NCBI GenBank assembly: GCA_963707215.1
Contig: CAVPPB010000002.1
Location: 160,001-224,000 of the forward strand
Reading direction: 5' to 3'
Origin: an uncultured Chloroflexia bacterium
GTDB lineage: Bacteria > Chloroflexota > Limnocylindria > Limnocylindrales > CSP1-4
Length of the DNA: 64,000 bases
The stretch's first letter is position 1; each line of letters opens with the position of its first letter. Positions 37,936-47,548 of this stretch are shown one piece after another. The translations under genes and the position numbers were made by a program. The notes beneath the pieces were generated by a model that was not told the origin of the DNA, did not search any database, and worked only from the letters and a program-made list of their open reading frames with translations.

Positions 37936-39677
37936 CGGGTCGCCGTAGCGGCGGGCTCGCCTCCATCGGTGGCAAGCACCCCTGCCGCGGCGAGGTCGTC
38001 CTTCCAGCGGCTGACCATCTCCGGCGAGCTGTACGGGTTGCGGTCGAGCCATGCCTCGACGTCGACCGTCGGGAAGCGCTCCCGGATCAGCTCCGCGGTC
38101 GCTCGGGCTCGCCGGTCCAGCCCCAGCTCGACCTGGGCCGCCGCCAGCACGAGGAGCGCCTCCAGGTTGTTCGGCTGGTGCTCCAGGACCATCTCTGCCA
38201 CGCCCGCCGCCTGCTCGACCCTCCCGCCCATGTAGAGGGAGCAGGCCTTGACCGTCGGGTACCAGGGCTTGTTGACGGCGGTGAGGCGCATCGCGACGTC
38301 CGTGAGGTCGACGGCCCGCTCCCACTGGCCGAGGTACCGCCGGACGCTGCCCTCGAGGCCGAAGGTGACGTCGCAGGTGGGCCGGACGATCTCGACCGAC
38401 TCGATCATCTGCAGGGCCTGCTCGCCATGACCCTGCGACATCAGGACGGCGGCCTCGACGGTCCGGGCCATGCCCGTCGGATCGCCGACCGCGAGCCCCG
38501 CCCGAGCCTGCTCCAGCGCCGTGGCCAGCGTCGCTTCCGGATCGCTGGCCCACCCGCTGTCGGCGCCCGACCAGTTGGCGAACGCCGAGAGGACGTGCCC
38601 GTACGGCTGATCCGGATGCGAGCGGGTCACCCGGCCGAAGTGCTCGACAGCTCGCGACCACCCTTCGCGCGTCCCCGTGGTCAGCTGGTACCAGCCGAGG
38701 TAGACCTGCTCGATCGCCTCCGGATCGTCCAGGTCCGCGTACAGGCCGGCCGGCTCGCCGACGACGAGCTCGACCTCGACCGCCCGGCCGACCTCGTCGG
38801 CGAACGCATCCGAGAGCGCGAGCAGGTCGGCCACCGGAGCCGTTTGCTTGTACGACTTGACGACGTTCATGGTCGACACGTCGAAAAGGTTCGCGTAGAT
38901 CCGCACGCTTTCGCCGATCAGGTGGACCCCGGTCTCGATCATGTAGCGGGCAGCGCCCGATGCCGCCCCGCGATCTTCGGCCTTCGCGTCGATGACGGTC
39001 AGTTGCGGGATCCGGGTCAACCGATGGATCAGGTCGGTCCGCAGGACCCCGGCCACGGTCCGCACGGCCTCGTCCGGGATCTCGGCATGGATCGGCAGGA
39101 CGGCCAGCGTTGGCGCCTCGAGTGCCAGTGGACGATGCGCCGAAGCGGCTGGGTCGTCGCTCGGCAGGTCGGTGAACTCGTGGACCTCCACCTCCTCCGG
39201 GATCCCCTTGAGCCGGTGCCGGCCCGTGGGCCTGAACCGAAGGGCGGGTTCGTCCAGGGCCTGGTAGACCCGCCCGGTGACGCTGATCCCGCCGGGCTGC
39301 GCGATCGCCTGGATGCGCGCGGCGATGTTCAGGGCATCTCCGAAGTACTCGCCGCCGGAGATGGAGATCGGGCCCTGGTCCAGACCCATCCGGAAGCGGA
39401 TCTTCCGTGAGTCGGCTCGTGTCGCGTTCCTGGCCTCGATCTCGGACGTGATGGCGATCGCCGTCCGCATCGCCTCCATGGCGCTGCCGAAGACCGCCAT
39501 GAAGTTGTCCCCGACGAAGTTGACGAGCGTCCCGTCGTTCTCCGACACCGTCCGCTCGACGAGCTCCCGGTACTCGTCCATCGTCGCCGTCATCGCCTCG
39601 AGGTCATCGGCGATGAGTCGGCTGTAGCCGACCACGTCGGCGTTGAGGGCCACCATCTCGGGACGCTGCTCGGTCAA
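37932..39677 (-). CDS. Class III nucleotide cyclase with TolB-like N-terminal segment and TPR region
   Basis: NADVVGYSR, VNFVGDNF, FGDALNIAARI, LAVLP, helical TPR-like C-terminus; TTG start after AAGGAG assumed. Confidence 0.85.
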   Translation of the reverse strand: MTEQRPEMVALNADVVGYSRLIADDLEAMTATMDEYRELVERTVSENDGTLVNFVGDNFMAVFGSAMEAMRTAIAITSEIEARNATRADSRKIRFRMGLDQGPISISGGEYFGDALNIAARIQAIAQPGGISVTGRVYQALDEPALRFRPTGRHRLKGIPEEVEVHEFTDLPSDDPAASAHRPLALEAPTLAVLPIHAEIPDEAVRTVAGVLRTDLIHRLTRIPQLTVIDAKAEDRGAASGAARYMIETGVHLIGESVRIYANLFDVSTMNVVKSYKQTAPVADLLALSDAFADEVGRAVEVELVVGEPAGLYADLDDPEAIEQVYLGWYQLTTGTREGWSRAVEHFGRVTRSHPDQPYGHVLSAFANWSGADSGWASDPEATLATALEQARAGLAVGDPTGMARTVEAAVLMSQGHGEQALQMIESVEIVRPTCDVTFGLEGSVRRYLGQWERAVDLTDVAMRLTAVNKPWYPTVKACSLYMGGRVEQAAGVAEMVLEHQPNNLEALLVLAAAQVELGLDRRARATAELIRERFPTVDVEAWLDRNPYSSPEMVSRWKDDLAAAGVLATDGGEPAATATR

Positions 39678-39981
39678 GGTGCTGCTGCTCCTTCCCTCGG
39701 CTGGGTCATCCGGATCGGCAGCGGCTGCCGGTGATCGGCCGATCTTGCCGGTGATCCATGGGGGCGACCACGGGGTCGAACGTTGCCCGGATCCCCCGAA
39801 GCATCTCACGCCCTGCTACCAGGGCGCGAGCGCCCGGCCGTCGGGTGGGTCGAGGCGCCGTCACTTCTGGCTGATCGGGTGACCTCGCAGACAGGGTCCG
39901 TGGTCACCGCACGCACCAGGGTAGATGGATTTCTTAACGTGCTGGCGCTTTGCCGTCATCGAGCGCAGCATGCCCCGACGA

Positions 39982-40076
39982 TCGAGGAGGCGGGAGCATC
40001 GGGAGAGCTCCCCGGCACGGCGTCCCAGCATCGGTCGCCTGCTCGTGCCGGATGCCAATGGCGAGACCGACCTCGG
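39982..40076 (+). ncRNA. c-di-GMP-II-like riboswitch (variant), copy 2
   Basis: P1 UCGAGG/CCUCGG (compensatory changes relative to copy 1); same P2, P3, pseudoknot and GCCAAUGGCGAGACCGACC core; AAGGAGG follows. Confidence 0.72.
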
Positions 40077-40094
40077 CGAAGGAGGTTCGTGCGG

Positions 40095-40445
40095 ATGATC
40101 CGCCACGTCATGACGAGGCTCGGCCTCGCGGTCACCCTGGCGGCCGTCGTGCTGAGCCTCAGCGTCCCCGCCGTGTTCGGCGGCGAGATCACTGGGAACG
40201 GCAAGGTCCTCAAGCTCGAGGACGGCGGCAAGTGGGACACCGGGCTTCATGCTCGGTCGTTCTGCGCCTACTCGGGCCAGGAGGACGACCAGTTCCTGGC
40301 CGGGGGCTCCAAGGGAGACCCGGGCCATGCCCAGTCCTGGGGCCAGATCCCCAAGGCCGACAGGAATTTCCTGGCCACGATCGGGGCCCATCCCGGCCAG
40401 GCATGCAACCCGAACAGCGGCCCACCCCCCGAGCCTGAGGGGTAG
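40095..40445 (+). CDS. Small secreted two-Cys hypothetical protein, paralog B
   Basis: Signal peptide; GEITGNGK...HARSFCAYSGQ...HPGQACNP...PPPEPEG. Confidence 0.85.
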   Translation: MIRHVMTRLGLAVTLAAVVLSLSVPAVFGGEITGNGKVLKLEDGGKWDTGLHARSFCAYSGQEDDQFLAGGSKGDPGHAQSWGQIPKADRNFLATIGAHPGQACNPNSGPPPEPEG

Positions 40446-40466
40446 TCGACCTACCACTCGACGACC

Positions 40467-40501
40467 GACGGCCTCCCGGTCCTTCCGGGGGGCCGTTTCT
40501 T
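40467..40501 (+). terminator. Intrinsic terminator
   Basis: GACGGCCTCCCGG-loop-CCGGGGGGCCGTT followed by TCTT. Confidence 0.75.
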
Positions 40502-40523
40502 GTGGGCGTCCGGATCGCCGTCG

Positions 40524-41390
40524 CTAGGGGCTCCCGTCGACGACGAGCCGGAGGAGCTGTCGTTGCCCGGGCAACCCCTTGAGCTCGTGGACGCCGGCAT
40601 CCTGAAGTACCAGCTCCGAACCCTCCAGGAGCCCACCCGTCGTCGACGAGACGAGCACCTCGCCCGGGCCGGCCATCGCGAGCACCCGCGAGGCCGTGTG
40701 AACGGCGATCCCTCGGACGTCGTCGCCCACGAGCTCGATCTCCCCGGTGTGGAGGCCGACCCTGATCTCGAGACCGATCGCCCGGACGGCACGCGTCATC
40801 TCGGCGGCACACCGGGCGGCACGGGTCGGGCTGTCGAAGATCGCCAGGAACCCGTCACCGGTCGTCTTCACCTCGCGGCCGCGTTGGACGTTCAGCACCT
40901 CGCGAAGGCGCGCGTTGTGGGCGACCAGCAGGTCGTGCCATGCGGCATCGCCGAGTGCCTGGAGCCTGGCCGTCGAGTCGACGATGTCCGTGAACAGGAC
41001 CGTGGCGAAGGACCGCGCCCCGCTCTCGCCGAGCGCCGCGCTGAGAGCCCGGCCGCTCGCCCCCCACTCGAAGCAGACCCAGGGCTCGTCGCCGATCACC
41101 CACATGTCGTGGCCCGGCGGGATGTCGAAGACCGTCTCGGGTCCGATGTCGAGTTCCTGCCCGTCCTCCATCGCGACATGGACGACCCCCGACATCGTGT
41201 AGCCGAGATGGCGGATCTGGCAGGACGTGATCCCCATCATCGAGCCGATGTCGGTCGACCAGCGCCAGCCAGGCTCGAAGCGACAGCGGCTGACGGTCGT
41301 CTCGTCGAGGTTGACGGCCTCGAACCGCACCCTCGTCATCGCCCTGACGGCATCGGGAGCGGCGAAGGTCTTGGTCTGCAACCGGGGCAT
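40524..41390 (-). CDS. Cupin-domain class III adenylate/guanylate cyclase
   Basis: FEPGWRWS...CQIRHLGY...IPPGHDMWV (cupin); FTDIVDST, VKTTGDGF, VHTASRV, HELKG. Confidence 0.9.
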   Translation of the reverse strand: MPRLQTKTFAAPDAVRAMTRVRFEAVNLDETTVSRCRFEPGWRWSTDIGSMMGITSCQIRHLGYTMSGVVHVAMEDGQELDIGPETVFDIPPGHDMWVIGDEPWVCFEWGASGRALSAALGESGARSFATVLFTDIVDSTARLQALGDAAWHDLLVAHNARLREVLNVQRGREVKTTGDGFLAIFDSPTRAARCAAEMTRAVRAIGLEIRVGLHTGEIELVGDDVRGIAVHTASRVLAMAGPGEVLVSSTTGGLLEGSELVLQDAGVHELKGLPGQRQLLRLVVDGSP

Positions 41391-41517
41391 GAGTCGGCCT
41401 GCCTTGGGGATGACGGGATCGGGACCCCGACATCATGGACCCGGGAGCCGGTCGCCGCACGGCCGGCGCCGGCCCGGCGGTCCGGCCCGCCGCGTTCTCC
41501 TCAGGCAGGATGGGGCC

Positions 41518-42765
41518 ATGCGGATCCTGCTCTGGCACGGCTACCTGCTCGGCGGCACCGGCTCCAACGTCTACACGCGGCAGCTGGCCCGCGCCTGGAT
41601 GCAGGCGGGTCACGACGTCACGGTCTTCTGCCAGGATCCGCGGCCGGACGAGCATGACCTGGGTGGGGCGCGGGTCGTCCGCCCGGACGTCGGAGGTCTC
41701 CTGCCGGTGTTCGTCCTCGACCGCTACGAGGGCTACGAGGTCAAGCTCGTCCAGGACTGCTCCCGCGCGGAGCTCGATCGGTGGGTCGAGGCGAACGCCC
41801 GGGCCCTGGCCGCGCACCTGCCGGCAGACCTCGTCTTCTGCAACCACGTCCTGCTCGGGGGACCGGTGGGGCTGGCCAGCGGCGCCCCGTTCGCGGTGAA
41901 GGCGCACGGCTCGGAGCTCGAGTACACGATGCGGGGCCACCCGGCCCTGGCGGCGTGGGGACGGGACTGTCTCCAGCAAGCCGCCGCGACCTTCGTCGGT
42001 TCCGAGCACATCCGTCGGGTCCTCGACGAGGTGTGCGGCCACGTCGACCGCGTGCACGAGGTCCCGCCGGGGGTCGACATCGACGCCTGGAAGCCGGAAG
42101 CGCGGTCGGTGGCCCTCGAGGCCCTCCTGGCCGAGGCCCGGCGCGACCCGCCGAACCCTGGCAACGCCGAGGAGCGGCTGCCCGACGAGGGGAACGCCGA
42201 GCGGCTCGCCCGCTTCCTGGCCGACGAGCGGCCGACCGTCGTCTACTTCGGGAAGCTCATCCGCAACAAGGGCGTGCACGTCCTGCTGGAGGCGCTCGAG
42301 GGCGTCGATGCGCGGGCGGTCATCGTCGGCTTCGGGGAGGAGCGCGCGCGATTGGAGCGTCTCGCCGGCGACGACGTCCTCTTCACCGGCCCGCTCGAGC
42401 ACCGACACCTCGTCCACCTGCTCGCCCTTGCCGATGCCTGCGCCGTCCCGTCGATCTTCCCGGAGGCGTTCGGGATGGTGGCCGCCGAGGCGGCCTCGGC
42501 CGGATGCCCGCCGCTCGTCGCCCGCCACTCCGGGCTTGCCGAGATCGCCGCAGGGCTCGCGGAGACGTACCCGCCGGCGCTGCGCCACCTCGCCGGCTTC
42601 GACTCGGGCGACGTCGGCGACCTCCGGGCGAAGCTCCGGGAGCTCGTCGCGCTCGGCCCGTCGGATCGAGCGGCGATCCGCGCCGCGGCAAGGCAGGCCG
42701 CGGTCGACCGGTGGAGCTGGACGAGCGTCGCGCGTCGGCTGCTGGAGCCGCTCGCGCTGAGATAG
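41518..42765 (+). CDS. Glycosyltransferase family 4
   Basis: GTGSNVY, FGKLIRNKG, PSIFPEAFGMVAAEA. Confidence 0.9.
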   Translation: MRILLWHGYLLGGTGSNVYTRQLARAWMQAGHDVTVFCQDPRPDEHDLGGARVVRPDVGGLLPVFVLDRYEGYEVKLVQDCSRAELDRWVEANARALAAHLPADLVFCNHVLLGGPVGLASGAPFAVKAHGSELEYTMRGHPALAAWGRDCLQQAAATFVGSEHIRRVLDEVCGHVDRVHEVPPGVDIDAWKPEARSVALEALLAEARRDPPNPGNAEERLPDEGNAERLARFLADERPTVVYFGKLIRNKGVHVLLEALEGVDARAVIVGFGEERARLERLAGDDVLFTGPLEHRHLVHLLALADACAVPSIFPEAFGMVAAEAASAGCPPLVARHSGLAEIAAGLAETYPPALRHLAGFDSGDVGDLRAKLRELVALGPSDRAAIRAAARQAAVDRWSWTSVARRLLEPLALR

Positions 42766-42814
42766 CCTGGCCTGCCGTCCGCGGCATTCGGGTCGCCGGG
42801 CCGACCCTCCTCGC

Positions 42815-44203
42815 TCAGGTGGCCGGCGGGATGTTGTGGTTGATCCGGAAGAGGTTCTCGGGATCGTAGCGGCGCTTGAGGTCCATCAGGCGCTCGAGCT
42901 TCGCCGGTCCGTAGGCCTCGAGTGCCTTCCGCCGGGCATCGTCCTCGTCGTGCCCCAGGAAGTTGACGTACTGGCCGGCCATCGCATGGGGCCGCATGGC
43001 CTCGGAGAAGCCTTTCACCCAGGCGATCCGCGCCGGATCGTCCGCAGGCTCGGTCCAGAAGCCGTAGATGTTGAGCCAGAACTGCGCCGCCCGGTTCGGG
43101 AACGCCGTGGCGTCCTCGGGTACGCGACCGAAGGCGCCGCCCATGTGGTGCAGGTCGGCGGCCGTGCCGACCCAGGCCTGCGCCCCGCAGTGCTCGATCA
43201 GGGTGTCGATCATCGACTCGTCGAGCCGTTCGAACGATGCGTTCCGCCAGTAGGCGCGGACGCCCTTGGGCAGGGCCGCGTCGAAGGCCGACTGGAAGGT
43301 CAGCCAGCGGGTCGGGTCGAGGACCGCGACATCGGGCGGGCTGGCGGCTCGGAGTTGGTCGACCACGGCAACGCCCTCGGCCCGGTCGGCGCCCGCCCAG
43401 GCGAACCCCAGGAACATCAGGACCCGTTCGCCGAGCTCCCAGTCGACCGGGGGCACCATGAAGGTGATCAGCGTCGTGATGTCATCGGGCACGTCGGCCG
43501 TCCAGGCGACGTAGGCGCGCAACGCATCGGCCCAGTGCTCCCGTTCGTAGATGAGCGATCCGGCGAAGACCTCCGGGCCCAGCGGATACGCCCGGAAGGT
43601 GAACGAGGTGACGACGCCGAAGTTGCCGCCGCCACCACGCAGGCCCCAGAACAGGTCCGGGTGCTCGTCGTCGCTTGCGCGGACCAGCTCGCCATTCGCG
43701 AGGACGACATCGGCCGAGACGAGGTTGTCGAGGGTCAGGCCGTAGGTTCGGGTGAGCCATCCGATGCCACCGCCGAGGGTCAGGCCTGCGACGCCCGTCC
43801 CGGAGACGACCCCGATCGGGACCACGAGGCCGTAGGGCTCGGTCGCCCGGTCGATGTCGCCCAGGGTCGCGCCCGCGCCGACACGGACCTCCCGCGCCTC
43901 ACGGTCGACCTCGACCGACGTCATGCCACCGAGGTCGAGCACGATGCCGCCGTCCACCGTGCCGTCGCCGGCGACGTTGTGGCCGCCCCCGCGGATCGCC
44001 AGGGGCAGCCGGGTCTCCCGGGCGACGGCGATGGTCGGGGCGACGTCCTCGACGCCGGAGGCCCGGACGATGACGCCCGGTCGCTTGTCGATCATCCCGT
44101 TCCAGACGCGCCGGGCCTCTTCGTAGGCGGCATCGCCTGGCGCCAGGACCTGCCCCTGGACGGCCGCGCGCAGTCGCTCGACGGCCCCGGTGTCGCTCAT
44201 CAT
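42815..44203 (-). CDS. FAD-binding oxidoreductase (BBE/VAO family)
   Basis: IRGGGHNVAG, DLFWGLRGGGGNFGVVT, LKRRYDPENLF. Confidence 0.92.
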   Translation of the reverse strand: MMSDTGAVERLRAAVQGQVLAPGDAAYEEARRVWNGMIDKRPGVIVRASGVEDVAPTIAVARETRLPLAIRGGGHNVAGDGTVDGGIVLDLGGMTSVEVDREAREVRVGAGATLGDIDRATEPYGLVVPIGVVSGTGVAGLTLGGGIGWLTRTYGLTLDNLVSADVVLANGELVRASDDEHPDLFWGLRGGGGNFGVVTSFTFRAYPLGPEVFAGSLIYEREHWADALRAYVAWTADVPDDITTLITFMVPPVDWELGERVLMFLGFAWAGADRAEGVAVVDQLRAASPPDVAVLDPTRWLTFQSAFDAALPKGVRAYWRNASFERLDESMIDTLIEHCGAQAWVGTAADLHHMGGAFGRVPEDATAFPNRAAQFWLNIYGFWTEPADDPARIAWVKGFSEAMRPHAMAGQYVNFLGHDEDDARRKALEAYGPAKLERLMDLKRRYDPENLFRINHNIPPAT

Positions 44204-44337
44204 CTCGTCCCTCGTGTCACGGAGTGGTCCCGCTCGGGACGCGTCGGCCTCAGTGGGATGGTCGTGTCGACCCCTCGACAGTGTCGGCCGTGTCCTGCCA
44301 TGCTGGAAGAGGCGGAATCAACCGCAACGGGTCGAAT

Positions 44338-45396
44338 ATGACACCGAGCCCCAGACCGCGGATCGCCCTGCTCGCCGCGCCGGAGACCTCCGCGTCGGTC
44401 CTCTACGGGCTCTACGACGTCCTGCTCTCGGTCGGCCCGATGTGGCCGGACATGACGGCAGCCCAGACCGCGGATGCGCTGCTCGACGTCTCGATCGTGG
44501 CCGCGACGGCCGAACCGTTCCGCTGCTTCGGCAACATCCTGGTCGAACCGCACGCCGCGGTCGCCGACGTGGACGCGATGGATGCGGTCGTCGTCTGCGA
44601 CATGTACGCCCCGATCCACACGCCGCCGCGCGGACGCTATCCGGTCGAGATCGAATGGCTGCGCCGAGTCCATGCCGGCGGCGCGCTGCTGGCCTCGGTC
44701 TGCTCCGGTTCGCTGCTGCTCGCGGAAGCCGGTCTGCTCGACGGACGATCCTGCGCCGGGCACTGGGCGTACCGCGACCTGTTCCGATCCGCCTATCCGA
44801 GGGTCCGCTTCGGGCCGGGCGAGATCCTGGACCTCACGAGCGAGGATGCCGGCCTCATCACGGCCGGCGGCGTGACGTCGTGGCAGGACCTCGCGCTCCA
44901 CCTCATCGGCCGGTTGTGCGGTCCGGAGCACGCGGCGCGGACCGCCAAGGTCTACCTGCTCGGCGGCCACGAGGACGGGCAGCGGCCGTACTCGGCGATG
45001 ACGCGAACGGCTTCGACGAGCGATGCGGTCATCGCCGATTGCCTGGCCTGGATCGCGGACCACCACGAGTCGACCACGCCGGTGACGGCGATGGCCGAGC
45101 GATCCGGCCTCAACCGGCGGACGTTCGCCCGGCGGTTCCGGGCGGCGACCGGCCAGCGGCCGATCGACCATGTCCACGCCCTGCGGATCGAGCGCGCCCG
45201 GGAGCTCCTGGAGACCGGCGACAGCAGCGTGAACGAGGTCGGGTTCGCGGTGGGCTACGAAGATCCGACGTTCTTCCGGCGACTCTTCAAGCGGACGACC
45301 GGCCTGACGCCGGCGGCCTACCGCCGGAAGTACGCCCCGATCGTCGCGGGCGGTCGAGCCGCCGCGGATGGTCCGCTGGCGAGGGCTACCCCGTGA
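44338..45396 (+). CDS. GlxA-family AraC regulator (DJ-1/PfpI + HTH)
   Basis: SVCSGSLLLAEAGLLDG; VGYEDPTFFRRLFKR. Confidence 0.9.
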   Translation: MTPSPRPRIALLAAPETSASVLYGLYDVLLSVGPMWPDMTAAQTADALLDVSIVAATAEPFRCFGNILVEPHAAVADVDAMDAVVVCDMYAPIHTPPRGRYPVEIEWLRRVHAGGALLASVCSGSLLLAEAGLLDGRSCAGHWAYRDLFRSAYPRVRFGPGEILDLTSEDAGLITAGGVTSWQDLALHLIGRLCGPEHAARTAKVYLLGGHEDGQRPYSAMTRTASTSDAVIADCLAWIADHHESTTPVTAMAERSGLNRRTFARRFRAATGQRPIDHVHALRIERARELLETGDSSVNEVGFAVGYEDPTFFRRLFKRTTGLTPAAYRRKYAPIVAGGRAAADGPLARATP

Positions 45397-46409
45397 GTGC
45401 CCGTCCGGTCCTCGATCGCTCGCGGATCCTTGCCTTCCGCCGGTTCGTCGGCGCGCTCGACGAGCGGCTGGCGTCCGGCCCGGCCTCGCTGCGTCGGGCG
45501 GCCTGGGCGGGTCTCCAGGACAGCGTGCCCCGGGCCGCTCTCCTCTCCATCCACGCCCGGGTCGCGGACACGGGCCCATCAGCCTGGGAGGACCCGTCGC
45601 TCGTCCAGCTCTGGGGACCCCGCTACAGCGTCTTCGTCGTGGCCGCGCGGGATCTGGCGGTCTTCTCGCTCGGGACGCTGCCGGACGACGAGGCGGGTCG
45701 ACGGAGGGCCGAGGACCTGGCGTCGCGCCTCGAGACCTTTCTCGGGGGCGCGAGGATGCCCTACGCCAAGGCGGGACGGGCCCTCGGTGAGCAGCCCAAC
45801 CGGCTCCGTTACGCCGGGGCGACCGGCCGGGTCCTGATCCGCTGGGACGGCGCCCGGCCGCCGACCGTGTGGACCGTCCCACCGCCCGACGCCGACCCGG
45901 GCGATGCACGCCTCGAGCTCGCTCGCCGGTACCTGCACGTGGTCGGTCCCGGCACGCCACAGGCCTTCGCGGTCTGGGCCGGGATCGCGCCGCGCCGTGG
46001 TCGCGAAGCCTTCGCCGACCTGGGTCGCACGATCATCCCCGTCCGGACGCCGCTCGGCGATGCCTGGATCCTCGCTCGCGACGAGCCGCAGCTCCGATCC
46101 GCCCCGGGGGCCCCGGCGCCCGTCCGGTTCCTGCCCAGCGGCGACCCGTACCTCATGGCCGGAGACCGAGAGCTGCTGGTGCCGGAATCGGCTCGCCGAC
46201 GCGAGCTCTGGCCGCCGAGCACGGTCTGGCCCGGCGGCCTCCTCGTCGATGGCGAGCTCGTCGCGACCTGGCGCCGAGCCGGGTCGAAGGTCGCGATCCG
46301 ACCGTGGCGTCGCCTCTCCACCGCGGAGCGAGCGGCGGTGGAGGCGGAGGCCGGCTCGTTGCCCATCCCGGGCCTCGAGGATCGGATCGCCGTGACCCTC
46401 GTCGACTGA
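45393..46409 (+). CDS. AlkZ-like DNA glycosylase / winged-helix (HTH_42) family protein
   Basis: GLQDSVPRAALLSIHAR, ELARRYL, RFLPSGDPY, GGLLVDGELVATW; GTGA overlap. Confidence 0.8.
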   Translation: MSARPVLDRSRILAFRRFVGALDERLASGPASLRRAAWAGLQDSVPRAALLSIHARVADTGPSAWEDPSLVQLWGPRYSVFVVAARDLAVFSLGTLPDDEAGRRRAEDLASRLETFLGGARMPYAKAGRALGEQPNRLRYAGATGRVLIRWDGARPPTVWTVPPPDADPGDARLELARRYLHVVGPGTPQAFAVWAGIAPRRGREAFADLGRTIIPVRTPLGDAWILARDEPQLRSAPGAPAPVRFLPSGDPYLMAGDRELLVPESARRRELWPPSTVWPGGLLVDGELVATWRRAGSKVAIRPWRRLSTAERAAVEAEAGSLPIPGLEDRIAVTLVD

Positions 46410-46479
46410 CCGATCAGGTGGTCGGAGCGGGGTCCGTGGCCGGCCCGGAACGGCGGGCGTGCCGCCCGTCGGCGCTGCG

Positions 46480-47019
46480 TCAGGCCCCGAGGGCGGGCAT
46501 CACCTGGAAGCCGGGCGCGCCGGGCTTCAGACTGCTGTTGCGGACCAGGGTGAGCTCGCCGCCGGTCGCCGTCGCGAGCCCCTTCCCGAAGTCGGTCATC
46601 AACTTGTCGTGGTTCCAGGTGAACGCCGGCCGGGCGAGCGGGGCGAGGAGGTTCATCCACCACTTCGGCGTCTCGACGAGCCAGAGGAACGAGACCTCGG
46701 TCCCGCCGGACGGGGCATCGGAGAGGAGGAACCGACCACGACCGACGATGTCTCCAGACGAGAGCACGTCGATCCGATCCGGGCGATCCACCTCCGCGAT
46801 CTCGGTCGAGTAGACCATGCGGTACCCGCCGGGCGTACCGACATGGCAGCCGTAGACGGCACCCACGCCATCCTCCGACGCGGCCTCGCGGATGACGTCG
46901 ATCCGCTTCATCCATCGCCACCACGTCGACCACCCGTCGACGGCATTGAGCGCGGCCCACACGGCGTCCCGATCGCTCGTCAGGGTGTACTCGCTCAGGA
47001 AGTGATACCGCGCTGCCAT
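46480..47019 (-). CDS. SRPBCC/polyketide cyclase family protein
   Basis: VWAAL...WSTWW, GDIVGRGRF, WNHDKLM. Confidence 0.8.
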   Translation of the reverse strand: MAARYHFLSEYTLTSDRDAVWAALNAVDGWSTWWRWMKRIDVIREAASEDGVGAVYGCHVGTPGGYRMVYSTEIAEVDRPDRIDVLSSGDIVGRGRFLLSDAPSGGTEVSFLWLVETPKWWMNLLAPLARPAFTWNHDKLMTDFGKGLATATGGELTLVRNSSLKPGAPGFQVMPALGA

Positions 47020-47122
47020 GTCGCCCTCTCAGCCATCCGCCCGAGGATGCCCCCCGGACGTGACGGCGGAGTGTGCGCCAGTTCGGGAATCGGCGCACGA
47101 AGGCGCGGCGCCCCCCCGGGGA

Positions 47123-47548
47123 TCAGGCGGGAGGACCCGCCGGCACTGCACCGATCTGCTGCATCATCGCCAGCGCATCCATCACGCCCCAGTGCTCGTG
47201 CAGCAGGCCGTCGTCGCCGAAGCCGAAGATGTCGATGAGCTGGGCGTCGACTCGCTTGCCGGACGCGGGCATGCCCTGGAACTCGCCCTGGTGCGTGCCC
47301 GTGTACCGCACGCGGGCGACGACCTTCTGGCCGTCCGCGACGATGTCTTCCACCTTCATGTGCATGTCCGGGAAGGCCGCCCGCTGCATCCGGAAGAAGG
47401 CGAGCACCCCATCCTTGTTCGGCGCGAGGCCGGGCGTCTCCTCGTGCTCGACGAAGTCGTCGGCCAGGAGCCAGCCGAACCCGTCGATATCCCCGGCGTT
47501 GATCAGGTCGTACAGGCGTCGCGCTGTCGCCGCGTGATCGGTGGACAT
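47123..47548 (-). CDS. SnoaL-like ester cyclase
   Basis: AAFPD, GTHQGEFQGMPASGK, EHWGVMD. Confidence 0.9.
   Translation of the reverse strand: MSTDHAATARRLYDLINAGDIDGFGWLLADDFVEHEETPGLAPNKDGVLAFFRMQRAAFPDMHMKVEDIVADGQKVVARVRYTGTHQGEFQGMPASGKRVDAQLIDIFGFGDDGLLHEHWGVMDALAMMQQIGAVPAGPPA

Noticed and set aside
36372-41390. Pycsar/CBASS-type anti-phage system
   Set aside because: No adjacent cNMP-binding TIR/TM effector or CD-NTase; the cyclases have ordinary signalling architectures.
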